Positions 17,230 to 31,009 of a DNA stretch of 64,000 nucleotides are shown here, one piece after another. Origin of the DNA: an uncultured Phycisphaerales bacterium (GTDB lineage Bacteria; Planctomycetota; Phycisphaerae; Phycisphaerales; SM1A02). The notes beneath the pieces were generated by a model. It searched no databases. It worked only from the letters and a program-made list of their open reading frames with translations, and was not told the origin of the DNA. Where the stretch lies: the NCBI GenBank assembly GCA_938084645.1, contig CALKEP010000001.1, positions 64,001-128,000 on the forward strand, given 5' to 3'. Every line of letters begins with the position of its first letter. The stretch's first letter is position 1. Made by a program: the position numbers and the translations under genes.

Positions 17230-18129
17230 ATGACGCGTGTCCAATTCCATCGTGGTTCCCGGCTCGCGGGCGTTCGGCCCCCGGTCGACGCCGCGCGGCG
17301 AGGGTTCACGATCGTCGAGCTCCTCACCTCGCTTCTGGCGATCGTGGTGCTCGTCGGCCTGGTCATTCACGCGGCGACTTCCGTGCGTCGCGGCGCCGAT
17401 CGAGGCAGCGAGATGGCGGCGGCTCGGTCGCTCGGGATCGCCTGGTCGAGCTATGCGATGGACCATCGAGGCGCGATCCTCCCCGGATACGCGTCGGGCT
17501 TCCGTGCTCGTGATGCCGCCGGTGAGTTCATCGACACGAGCACCGCCGAAGTCGCGGCCCAGCGATGGCCGTTGCGGCTCGCGCCGTATCTCGGTCATGA
17601 CTTCGCGGCCCTCTACAGCGGCCCCGCCCGGAACGATCTGTCGGAGCTCACCTCGGGCCCGACCGCGGATCTGCTCTACCGGGTCAGCGTTCGTCCGTCC
17701 TTCGGGTTGAACAGTGTCTTCGTCGGCGGCGATCAGAACTACGGTGGTTTCAGCGACATCATGCGGCAGACCTTCGGCGACTTCTACGCACGTGGTCTTT
17801 CGTCGGTCCGGCGTCCGGATCGACTCGTGGTCTTCTCGACGAGTCATGCCGAGGATCCGGCCCTGTTCTCAGGTGTGCAGGAGGGGTTCTTCCGCGTCCT
17901 CCCGCCCACCTGGACGTCACCGATCTGGTCGGATGACTACGACCCGGACGATCCCGCGGCCCATGGCTTCGTGAGTCCCCGACATCAGGTCCGAGACGAG
18001 GACGTCGCGATCACCACGACGGTCGACGGTGCGGTGGCGACTCGAACGATCGACGAACTCCGGGATCTCCGGCGCTGGTCGAACCTCGCCGATTCCGCGG
18101 ACTGGACGATGCAGCCGATCGGTCCTTGA
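17230..18129 (+). CDS. Prepilin-type N-terminal cleavage/methylation protein (DUF1559-like)
   Basis: RRG|FTIVELLTSLLAIVVLVGLV; AWSSYAMDH..ILP; SFGLN; SPRH...TVDGAV (H-X9-DG-like end). Confidence 0.8.
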   Translation: MTRVQFHRGSRLAGVRPPVDAARRGFTIVELLTSLLAIVVLVGLVIHAATSVRRGADRGSEMAAARSLGIAWSSYAMDHRGAILPGYASGFRARDAAGEFIDTSTAEVAAQRWPLRLAPYLGHDFAALYSGPARNDLSELTSGPTADLLYRVSVRPSFGLNSVFVGGDQNYGGFSDIMRQTFGDFYARGLSSVRRPDRLVVFSTSHAEDPALFSGVQEGFFRVLPPTWTSPIWSDDYDPDDPAAHGFVSPRHQVRDEDVAITTTVDGAVATRTIDELRDLRRWSNLADSADWTMQPIGP

Positions 18130-18231
18130 GGTCGTTCCGACCCGGTCGACGCGCTTCGGAGAATCTGCGAGAGTGAGGAACGAAGGCCCGGACTCCGGGC
18201 CGATGCTTCGGTACGACTCTCGGAGATCTCC

Positions 18232-18696
18232 ATGCGACTCTTGCTCCTGGCGGCGGTGTTTGCGGTCGGATTCCTGCAGCCGATCCAGGCGGGGTTGAAC
18301 GCCACGACCGCCAAGGCGGTCGGAAGCCGATTCCAGGCGGGATGGGTGAATGGAACCGTCAACGTCATCATTCTCACGACGATTCTCGTCGTGTTGAGTC
18401 TCCGGACCGGGGCCGGTTTCCCGGGGATCGCCGCCCTCCGCACCGTTCCCTGGTGGGCCTACCTCGGCGGCGTGATCGGCGCGACGATCGTCGTCACCCA
18501 CCTCACCGCCGCGCCGCAGCTGGGTGCGGGGCTGCTGGTCGCCATCTTCGTCGGTGGCATGGTCGTGGGAAGTCTGGCGTGCGACTTCTGGGGCTTTCCG
18601 GGGTACTCCGCGATCCGGATCGAGGGCGTCCGACTCCTCGGACTCGGACTGGTGGCGGTCGGCGTTCTGCTGGTCACCCGGCCCTGGGCGACCTGA
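18232..18696 (+). CDS. DMT-superfamily membrane protein (YdcZ/DUF606-like)
   Basis: About 5 TM; PIQAGLNA, PWWAYLGGVIGA, DFWG motifs. Confidence 0.85.
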   Translation: MRLLLLAAVFAVGFLQPIQAGLNATTAKAVGSRFQAGWVNGTVNVIILTTILVVLSLRTGAGFPGIAALRTVPWWAYLGGVIGATIVVTHLTAAPQLGAGLLVAIFVGGMVVGSLACDFWGFPGYSAIRIEGVRLLGLGLVAVGVLLVTRPWAT

Positions 18697-18710
18697 CTCC
18701 CCGCGACGGG

Positions 18711-20693
<1,983 letters not shown>

Positions 20694-20953
20694 GAGGGTG
20701 ATCTCCGTGAATGCGAAGCGTGAGAGCGTGGCGAGGATACGCATCGTTCCCGAGCCCGGGGAATCCGTCCCGCCTGATGCTAACGTCACGGGCGGCGCTG
20801 CCAAGTGCCTTCACGAACTCGAGCCAGATCGTCTCCAGCGACGCCCTCGAACCGCTCGATGTCGATCGGGTCATCGTCGAGGTCCGGCGGCTCCCGCAGA
20901 TCTCCGGCGGGAAATCGCGTCGTGCCGACCATCTCGACTCCTGAGCCACCCGG

Positions 20954-23770
<2,817 letters not shown>

Positions 23771-23947
23771 GGGGGCTTCCGGAGGCGGTGGGAATGGACG
23801 GAGGTGGCACAGTATGCCTTGTCGGCCTCCGGACTTCACGCCACGGCGGGTCCTTCGGAACCGGACCTGCTACCTTTCGCTCCCCGGAACCGCACGGCGT
23901 ATGGACGTCGTCGCCCCACCGGACTTGTTCACGCAAGAGGAAGCACG

Positions 23948-24718
23948 ATGTCGAATCGACGCGGCTATGTCGGTGGAAACTGGAAGATGCACGGGGAACT
24001 CGCCGGCGCGGTCGAGTTGACCGAGGATGTGGCGGCGGCGATCGGGGAGACCGCGAAAACGGTCGACGTGACCCTGTTTCCTCCCTTTCCGTACCTGCAG
24101 GCCGTCGGGCATGCCCTCCGGCAGGCGGGAATCAGCCTGGGTGGCCAGGATTGCTCGCCGCACCTGGAAGGGGCTCATACCGGTCAGACCAGCCCCGCGA
24201 TGATCGCCGACCTGGGCGGATCCGCAGCCCTGATCGGGCACTCCGAGCGTCGAAACGAGCTTGGGGAGCCGGATGCCCTGATCGCGGCCAAGACCCGAGC
24301 GGCCCTCGCCGCGGAGCTCCAGCCCGTGATCTGCGTGGGGGAGACGATGGGGGAGCGTGAGGCCGGAAACGCCCTTCAAGTGGTCGAGAGGCAGGTTCGA
24401 GCGGCTTTGGAGGGGCTCTCGGGGGCTCAGGTAGGGGCCGCCGTCCTCGCGTACGAGCCCGTCTGGGCCATCGGGACCGGGATCACCGCGACGCCCGATG
24501 ACGCCCAGTCCGCCCACTCGATGATCCGATCCCTGCTCGGGGAACTGTATGATGCTGAACTCGCCGATTCGGTCCGAATCATCTACGGCGGTTCAGTGAA
24601 GGCCGCGAACGCCGCGGAGCTCTTCTCGGCCCCCGACGTGGATGGAGGCCTGATCGGTGGAGCGAGCCTGAAGGTGGACGAGTTCGCCTCGATCTGCCGG
24701 GCCGCCGTCTCGGCCTGA
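23948..24718 (+). CDS. tpiA: Triosephosphate isomerase
   Basis: GNWKMH, IGHSERR, AYEPVWAIGTG, YGGSV, LIGGASL; RBS AGAGGA. Confidence 0.98.
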   Translation: MSNRRGYVGGNWKMHGELAGAVELTEDVAAAIGETAKTVDVTLFPPFPYLQAVGHALRQAGISLGGQDCSPHLEGAHTGQTSPAMIADLGGSAALIGHSERRNELGEPDALIAAKTRAALAAELQPVICVGETMGEREAGNALQVVERQVRAALEGLSGAQVGAAVLAYEPVWAIGTGITATPDDAQSAHSMIRSLLGELYDAELADSVRIIYGGSVKAANAAELFSAPDVDGGLIGGASLKVDEFASICRAAVSA

Positions 24719-24754
24719 GTCGCAACGCCGCGGCTCGATTCGCACCTCGACGCC

Positions 24755-25222
24755 ATGCATTCGCGTGACGTCCCGTTCTGGAACCTGACCGTGTCCACTT
24801 GGATCGTCGTCCTCACCCTGCTCTTCATCGTCGTCTCGGCGGCGCTGGTTCTCATCATCCTGGTCCAGAGGCCGCAGGGCGGCGGGCTCGCCGGCGCCTT
24901 CGGGGGCGCGGGCGGCGGCGGCGCCGACACCGCCTTCGGTGGTCGGACCGGTGACGCGCTCACCGTGGCGACCGTGGCCGGATTCGTCATCTACATCGTG
25001 CTCGCGGTCGCCTTGAACATCATGGACAACCCGGCCGTGGCCACGCCGTCCGAGCCCACGCCTCCGGCGTCCACCGGAACGACGACGCCCGCGACCGTAC
25101 CTGCGACCCCCGTCCCGGCGACGAACGCCGCGCCCGCCACCACCACGCCGGCCGCACCCGTCACCACTTCCGACACCGATCCGGCCTCCGCCGCGCCGAC
25201 CGAAGTCCCCGCCGGGGGCTGA
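24755..25222 (+). CDS. secG: Preprotein translocase subunit SecG with Pro/Thr/Ala-rich tail
   Basis: LIILVQRPQGGGLAGAFGG between two TMs; tpiA-secG synteny; start could be GTG 24791. Confidence 0.92.
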   Translation: MHSRDVPFWNLTVSTWIVVLTLLFIVVSAALVLIILVQRPQGGGLAGAFGGAGGGGADTAFGGRTGDALTVATVAGFVIYIVLAVALNIMDNPAVATPSEPTPPASTGTTTPATVPATPVPATNAAPATTTPAAPVTTSDTDPASAAPTEVPAGG

Positions 25223-25263
25223 GTCCGCGCGACGAGCCGGGATCAACCCACGAGAGCCGTGAC

Positions 25264-26154
25264 ATGATTCGATCGATGACCGGTTTCGGGGCCTCCCACC
25301 GAGAAGTCGACGGTTCGCGATTCTCCGTCGAGATCCGCTCGGTCAACAACAAGTTCCTCAAGACCACCGTTCGGCTTCCGGACGAGCTCTCCTCGCTGGA
25401 GACCGAGCTCGAGACGCGAATCGGGCGTCGACTCAACCGTGGCAGCGTGATCGTCACGATCCGCTGGGTCGAGGGAGGGGCCGCGATCGCGGCGCGGATC
25501 GACACCGCCGCGGCGCGGGCGTCGATCGAACAGCTGGTGAACGGCATGCCGGAGTCGATCCGGGATCGATGCACGATCGATCTGGCGACGATGCTCATGG
25601 TGCCCGGAATCGTCGGTGGCGACGATTCGGAGGCGGTGGTCGGGGTCGCGAAGCCGGTCCTGATCGAACTGCTCGATGAAGCGTGCGATCGCCTGATCGA
25701 GATGCGGGAACGCGAGGGTGCGGGACTGCTCGAAGAGCTCAACGCCTTCGGCACGCGGATGCGGGAACGTCTCGAGACGGTCTCCGAACGTGCCCCGCGG
25801 GTCGTCGAGCTCTATCGGGATCGATTGCATCAGCGGGTCGAATCCCTGCTGGCGGAGGTCGGCGCGACCCTCGACGAGAGCGACCTCGTCCGCGAGGTCG
25901 CGATCTTCGCCGAACGCAGCGACATCGCCGAGGAGATCACCCGGCTCGACGGACATCTCGGTCAGTTCTTCGATCTCATCGGCGGCCAGGACGGCGAGCC
26001 GGTCGGCCGCACGCTGGATTTCCTCACCCAGGAGATGCTTCGGGAGGCGAACACCATCGCCAGCAAGTCCGCGGATTCGGAGATCACGCGATCCGTCGTG
26101 GAGGTCAAGGGCCTGATCGATCGGATCAAGGAACAGGCGGCGAACGTCGAGTGA
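25264..26154 (+). CDS. yicC: YicC/YloC family endoribonuclease
   Basis: IRSMTGFG, EIRSVN, DIAEEITRL, GRTLDFLTQEMLREANTIASKS, KEQAANVE. Confidence 0.95.
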   Translation: MIRSMTGFGASHREVDGSRFSVEIRSVNNKFLKTTVRLPDELSSLETELETRIGRRLNRGSVIVTIRWVEGGAAIAARIDTAAARASIEQLVNGMPESIRDRCTIDLATMLMVPGIVGGDDSEAVVGVAKPVLIELLDEACDRLIEMREREGAGLLEELNAFGTRMRERLETVSERAPRVVELYRDRLHQRVESLLAEVGATLDESDLVREVAIFAERSDIAEEITRLDGHLGQFFDLIGGQDGEPVGRTLDFLTQEMLREANTIASKSADSEITRSVVEVKGLIDRIKEQAANVE

Positions 26155-27299
26155 GTGCGCCGCCCCGCTTCAGCGACGGCGATGGTGGTGAGACGCTGGC
26201 CGACGGAACCGCGGTCGGACTCCCCGGATCGCACGGTGAACGAAGCCGGTTCGACCCGGGGGAGTTGCGTCGGGTGCTCGACGCGTTCCCGCTCGAAGGC
26301 ATTCGCGAGATCCGCGAGTTTCCGGCCGGTTCACGGCAGGCACCGAAGGTCCGGATCGTCGCCGACGAAGGCGAGTTCCTCCTGAAGCGAAGGACGGTTC
26401 GGCCCGATCTCGTCGAACGGGCGACCTTCAACCACCGACTGCAACTGCACCTCGAGCGACGCGGCGTCCCGGTGGCGACGCTGGTCGGCACGCGGGAGGA
26501 CAACGCGTCGATCCTGCTCGAGCACGGGCAGGTCTACGAGATGTTCCACTGGGTCGACGGCCGGCGGATGGTGAAGGTGGAGTCCGAAGCCCTCAATGCG
26601 GGTCGGATCCTCGGCCGGCTGCATCTGGAAGCCTGCGATCTCGCGTGGTCCGAGCCACCACCGATGCCCGGATTCCATGCCGCCGATCAGGTCCAGACCG
26701 CCTTCGACCGGGTGATCGACGCGGTGATCGGGGCGGACGCGGATGTGGACCGCGTCGAACTCCGGGATGTGGTCGGACGCCTCGAGGCGATCCGGGGTCG
26801 GTCCATGGAGCAGGTGGAGACGGGGGGCTGGTCGGAACTTCCGCGTCAACCGATTCACGGTGACTGGCATCCGGGAAACGTGCTCTTCACGCCGGAGAAG
26901 CCGACTCGGTCCAGGCCGGGGACCGTCCGTGCGATCGTCGATTTCGACGCTTCGAGGGTCGAACCTCGGCTGGTGGACCTCGCGAACGGCCTGCTGCACT
27001 TCGCGATGCGAAGCGACCGAAGCACTTCCCCGGCGGACTGGCCTGCGTCGCTCTCGCCCCGTCGGATGGTCGCATTCACGCGCGGTTGGCGTTCGGTCGT
27101 CGGGGACGTGACCGAGGCGGAAGCGGTGATTCTTCCTTCGCTGATGCTGGAGTGCCTGGTCGCGGAGAGCGTCGTTCCAGTGGCGAAGACGGGCCGATTC
27201 GCGGTCGTTCCCGGTCTTCCATTCCTCGGCATGGTGGCTCGAAAGGCTGCGTGGATCGAGGCGGCCGAGGCTCCGATCCGAGAACTCCTCGTTCCCTGA
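26151..27299 (+). CDS. APH-family phosphotransferase (type II homoserine kinase-like)
   Basis: GTGA overlap with yicC; FLLKRR, IHGDWHPGNVLF, IVDFD. Confidence 0.82.
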   Translation: MSAPPRFSDGDGGETLADGTAVGLPGSHGERSRFDPGELRRVLDAFPLEGIREIREFPAGSRQAPKVRIVADEGEFLLKRRTVRPDLVERATFNHRLQLHLERRGVPVATLVGTREDNASILLEHGQVYEMFHWVDGRRMVKVESEALNAGRILGRLHLEACDLAWSEPPPMPGFHAADQVQTAFDRVIDAVIGADADVDRVELRDVVGRLEAIRGRSMEQVETGGWSELPRQPIHGDWHPGNVLFTPEKPTRSRPGTVRAIVDFDASRVEPRLVDLANGLLHFAMRSDRSTSPADWPASLSPRRMVAFTRGWRSVVGDVTEAEAVILPSLMLECLVAESVVPVAKTGRFAVVPGLPFLGMVARKAAWIEAAEAPIRELLVP

Positions 27300-27376
27300 C
27301 ACGGGGATTCGTCATCGAGCCCGGCCTCGATCGAGTCGATTGGCTCGAACCGGGGGCGGGGGCTATCGTGCGATGC

Positions 27377-28285
27377 ATGGTTTCCTTCGTCCGAGTCTTC
27401 GCGCTGCCGCTTCTCGTGACCATGGGGTCGTTCACGACGACGCCTCGCATGGCCGTGGCGCAGGACGCCAAGCCGGTGCCGGATCCCCGGCAGGTGGAGG
27501 GCATCACGGCTCGCATGCTGGGCGATCGGGAGCGGGCGCTTCTGGCGCTTGGCGAGGATCCCGACGCGCTTCGAGTCTTCGCGGTCCCCACGTCGGTTCG
27601 CGACGTGGTCACGCGGCTGGGGGGCGACACCTTCGCTGATCGGGAGCGGGCATCCGCCGAGCTCCGGGAGATGGCGATCACGAACGACGTGCTGATGGCG
27701 GTGCTCGAACAGGGCGGCCTCGATGAGGAGCAGCGAAACCGGCTGCTCCGAGCGCTCCGCTGGCGAATTCTCTATCGACCGCGCGGCGCGGTGGGCATCC
27801 GCATGGAGCCTTCAGGCACCGCGATCTCGGTCCGGGGCGTCCTGGTCACCGAAGTCATCTCCGGGCTTCCGGCCGAGCGGGTGCTTCGGGTCGGTGACGT
27901 GATCCTCGAGATCGACGGGCAGCGGATCACCACCAGTGCGGACCTGATCGGCCGGGTGCAGCGGTTGCAGCCCGGCGATCCGATTCGAATGGGCGTGATC
28001 CGGCCGGCACCGGCGGACACCCCCGACGGGCCGGGGATTCTCCGATTCGAGGGCGATCGCGTCTTCGAAGAGGTCGACGTGGAGTTTCCACTCGGGTCCT
28101 ACGACAAGCTCGGCAACGATGAATCGGCGTCCGCGATCGGAAACCCCGAGACGATGCGACGGCGGGGCCGGGTGGAAGCGATCTGGGCCAGATGGGGCTC
28201 GAGTCCTCGGTCGGTCGGAATTCCGAAGGCCTTGGACGCCGACGCGAGCCCCGATTCCTCGTCGAAGCTTCCGTCGGCACCATGA
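27377..28285 (+). CDS. Exported PDZ-domain protein
   Basis: Signal peptide; helical N-domain; GAVGI...GVLVTEVISGLPAERVLRVGDVILEIDG PDZ signature. Confidence 0.8.
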   Translation: MVSFVRVFALPLLVTMGSFTTTPRMAVAQDAKPVPDPRQVEGITARMLGDRERALLALGEDPDALRVFAVPTSVRDVVTRLGGDTFADRERASAELREMAITNDVLMAVLEQGGLDEEQRNRLLRALRWRILYRPRGAVGIRMEPSGTAISVRGVLVTEVISGLPAERVLRVGDVILEIDGQRITTSADLIGRVQRLQPGDPIRMGVIRPAPADTPDGPGILRFEGDRVFEEVDVEFPLGSYDKLGNDESASAIGNPETMRRRGRVEAIWARWGSSPRSVGIPKALDADASPDSSSKLPSAP

Positions 28286-28333
28286 ATGCATGAATGCGTG
28301 GAATTCATCGAAGCCACGCCGGACGGCGTCGCC

Positions 28334-28960
28334 TCAGCTCTTGGCGCCGAGCGGATTGTGGAAGTGCTTGTTCTGCACCGGGATGACGGCTTCCAGAACG
28401 TGTTCGAGCACTTCCGCCGGTGAACCGATCGCGGAGACTTCGGTCACGATCGCATCCGAGTAGTGGGCGAGGACGGGACTCGTCTCCCGATCGTAGACAT
28501 CGAACCGTCGACGGATGACGCGCTCGTCGGCATCGTCAAGCCGGTTCTCCTTGATCGCCCGCTTCTTCATTCGTTCGACCATCGCATCGAGATCGGGGCA
28601 GACGAGGTGGACGATCTGCAGGACGTCGACGTACGGCTCGAGCGCCTTGGCCTGGCCGAGACTTCGAGGAATGCCGTCCAGAACCAGCAGATCGACTCTC
28701 GGCTTGTAGAGACTGAGCACCGTCTGGGCGTGCATGTTCTGACGCCACATCTCGACGGTCAGCTCATCCGGGACGAGCTCGCCCTTCGAGGAGTACTGGA
28801 GGAACTGGCGGCCGAGATCGCTGGTGGTGTCGAGGGATCGGAACACGTCCCCACAGGCGAGATGGAAGAACCCGGGGATCTGTCCGAGGATCTTCCCCTG
28901 CGTGCCCTTGCCGGCGCCCGGAGCGCCAAAGAGCAGAACGGTCTTGAATCGATCGGGCAT
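28334..28960 (-). CDS. adk: Adenylate kinase (short-LID type)
   Basis: GAPGAGKGTQ, CGDVFR, GELVPDE, LDGIPR, RLDD. Confidence 0.88.
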   Translation of the reverse strand: MPDRFKTVLLFGAPGAGKGTQGKILGQIPGFFHLACGDVFRSLDTTSDLGRQFLQYSSKGELVPDELTVEMWRQNMHAQTVLSLYKPRVDLLVLDGIPRSLGQAKALEPYVDVLQIVHLVCPDLDAMVERMKKRAIKENRLDDADERVIRRRFDVYDRETSPVLAHYSDAIVTEVSAIGSPAEVLEHVLEAVIPVQNKHFHNPLGAKS

Positions 28961-29192
28961 GGGTCGCGAGCCTCCCAGGGCGGCGTGTGGTCGACTTCGG
29001 AAGTATCGGACAAATTCCGTTCGGACGAAAGTCGAAACGCCCGGTTCCTCAGATCGGGGATCGAGGTTCGGGATCCCTGATCTCGACACTTCTTCCACCG
29101 AATCCGGTCCGACTTGGCGTCCCCGGCCGTTCCCCGTAGGGTCGGTGCGATCGCCGGCGTCGTCGGCGAGTCTGTCTTCCTGGAGCTGTGGC

Positions 29193-30983
29193 ATGCAGGG
29201 CATCGTCTCGAAGTGGAAATGGCGATCCCCGTCCGCCGCGGATGCGTCCGTGGAGGCCACGTCGGGCCCGCTCGCGGATCGGGTCCTGCGAGGCCGCGAG
29301 ATCGAGGATCCGGTCGCCTTTCTCGATGACGGCTACGGCCGGGTGGTGCCGCCCGAGGGGCTTGGTGGCGCGGTGGAGGCCGGTCAACGGCTCTCCGAGG
29401 CGATCGCCGCGGGCCGCCGGATCGTGATCCATGGCGATTACGACTTCGACGGGATCGCGGCCTCCGCGATTCTCGCGCGGTCCCTGCGGCTGCTCTCATC
29501 CGAAGCCGAGGTGCGGGTGGTGCTTCCGGATCGGTATCAGGGGGGGTACGGGCTCTCGGTCGAAGGACTCCGACGAATCCGGGAGGAGGGTGCGGACCTG
29601 GTGGTCGCCGTTGACTGCGGCATCACCGCGATCGAAGCGATCGAGGCCGCCCGGGCGGATGGGCTCGACGTGATGGTGCTCGATCACCATTCCTTCATCC
29701 GCGACGAGGCCGGCGACATCGTGCTTCCACCGGCGTGTGTCGTGGTGCATCCCGGTCTTCCGGTCGACGACCCGAGCTGTGTCGGTACCGATCATCTGTG
29801 CGGTGCCGCGGTCGCGTTCAAGGTGGTCTGGGCGACGGCAAGAGCGCACTTCGGATCCGATCGAGTACCGGCGGTGATGAAACGTGAACTGGTCGAGGCG
29901 ACGATCCTCGCCGGACTGGGGACCATCGCGGACGTCATGCCCCTGGTGGAGGAGAACCGCGCGCTCGCGGCGCTCGCGCTCCGGGGACTTCCGAATTCAG
30001 GCATCTCCGGCCTTCGGGCGTTGCTGGTGGAATCCGGGCACGGTCTGCAGGACGGCCCGGTGCACGAGGAGACGGTGCAGTTCCAGTTGGCGCCGCGGAT
30101 CAACGCGCTCGGTCGCTTCGGCTCCGCGATGCCAGCCGTGGAGTTGCTGACGCTGCCGGAGGATGGAGCGACGACGTCCGCGCGGGCCGCGGAGATCGCC
30201 GCCGGAATCTCCGCGACGAATCTCGAGCGGCGTTCGGCGGAGCGAACGATCGTCGAAGAGGCGAGCGCGAGGGCCGAGGCCGAGGGGCAGACCGCGGCGG
30301 ACCATCCGGTGATCGTCCTTGGCGACCCGAACTGGAAGCGGGGGCTGGTCGGGCCCGCCGCCGCCAAGCTCGTCGACCGGTTCGCGCGTCCGGTGATCCT
30401 CTTCGAAGCCTGCGAGGACGGAATCGCCAGGGGATCCGCTCGGAGCATCCATGGGTATTCGATTCACGACGGCCTTGCCGCCGCGGCGCCGCTGCTGGAG
30501 TCGTTCGGAGGCCATGCCGCCGCGGCCGGCTGCGCCGTGCGAACCTCGCGGCTCGACGAGCTCCGGGCGACGCTGGTCGATCATGCTCGAACCGAGATCG
30601 CCGCCGTCGATCTCACGCCGGTCGTCGAGATCGACTGCCGCGCGGTGATCGAGGAGATGGACGAGGTCGAGGATGTCGAGGGTGTTCGACGACTCGCGCC
30701 GTTCGGCCCCGGACATCCGCGACCGAGCGTGCTGGTGGAGACCGTCCGCCCGATCGAGACGCGATGGGTGGGACAGGATCAGGGGACGCTTCAGCTCCGA
30801 TTCGCGGGGGCGGGCGCGCGGAGCGTCAAGGCGGTGTGGTTCGGTGCGGGGCGGCATCGGGACGCGATCGAATCGGCGATCCGGGGCGGTGCGATCGACA
30901 TCGTCGCGACCCCGGACCTCAACCGATGGCGGGGGCGGGTCGAGCCCAATCTGACGATCCGGGATCTCCGCGCGTCGACCTGA
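29193..30983 (+). CDS. recJ: ssDNA-specific exonuclease RecJ
   Basis: HGDYDFDG, VDCG, LDHH, LGTIADVMPL, APRINALGR, GSARS, FGGHAAAAG. Confidence 0.93.
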   Translation: MQGIVSKWKWRSPSAADASVEATSGPLADRVLRGREIEDPVAFLDDGYGRVVPPEGLGGAVEAGQRLSEAIAAGRRIVIHGDYDFDGIAASAILARSLRLLSSEAEVRVVLPDRYQGGYGLSVEGLRRIREEGADLVVAVDCGITAIEAIEAARADGLDVMVLDHHSFIRDEAGDIVLPPACVVVHPGLPVDDPSCVGTDHLCGAAVAFKVVWATARAHFGSDRVPAVMKRELVEATILAGLGTIADVMPLVEENRALAALALRGLPNSGISGLRALLVESGHGLQDGPVHEETVQFQLAPRINALGRFGSAMPAVELLTLPEDGATTSARAAEIAAGISATNLERRSAERTIVEEASARAEAEGQTAADHPVIVLGDPNWKRGLVGPAAAKLVDRFARPVILFEACEDGIARGSARSIHGYSIHDGLAAAAPLLESFGGHAAAAGCAVRTSRLDELRATLVDHARTEIAAVDLTPVVEIDCRAVIEEMDEVEDVEGVRRLAPFGPGHPRPSVLVETVRPIETRWVGQDQGTLQLRFAGAGARSVKAVWFGAGRHRDAIESAIRGGAIDIVATPDLNRWRGRVEPNLTIRDLRAST

Positions 30984-31009
30984 ACGACGAGGCCTCCCGT
31001 TCGAATCGA

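Noticed and set aside
25040..25222. Pro/Thr/Ala-rich repeat-like tail of SecG
   Set aside because: Low-complexity SecG extensions are common and there is no exact DNA repeat.
27715..27760. GLDEEQRNRLL in the PDZ protein resembles the GLDEETEARLK part of the shared GspL/GspC module
   Set aside because: The match is too short to support homology by eye.
28985..29085. Inverted repeats in the adk-recJ divergent spacer (for example 29051-29083)
   Set aside because: No match to a ribozyme or known operator; such hairpins are expected in GATC/TCGA-rich DNA.
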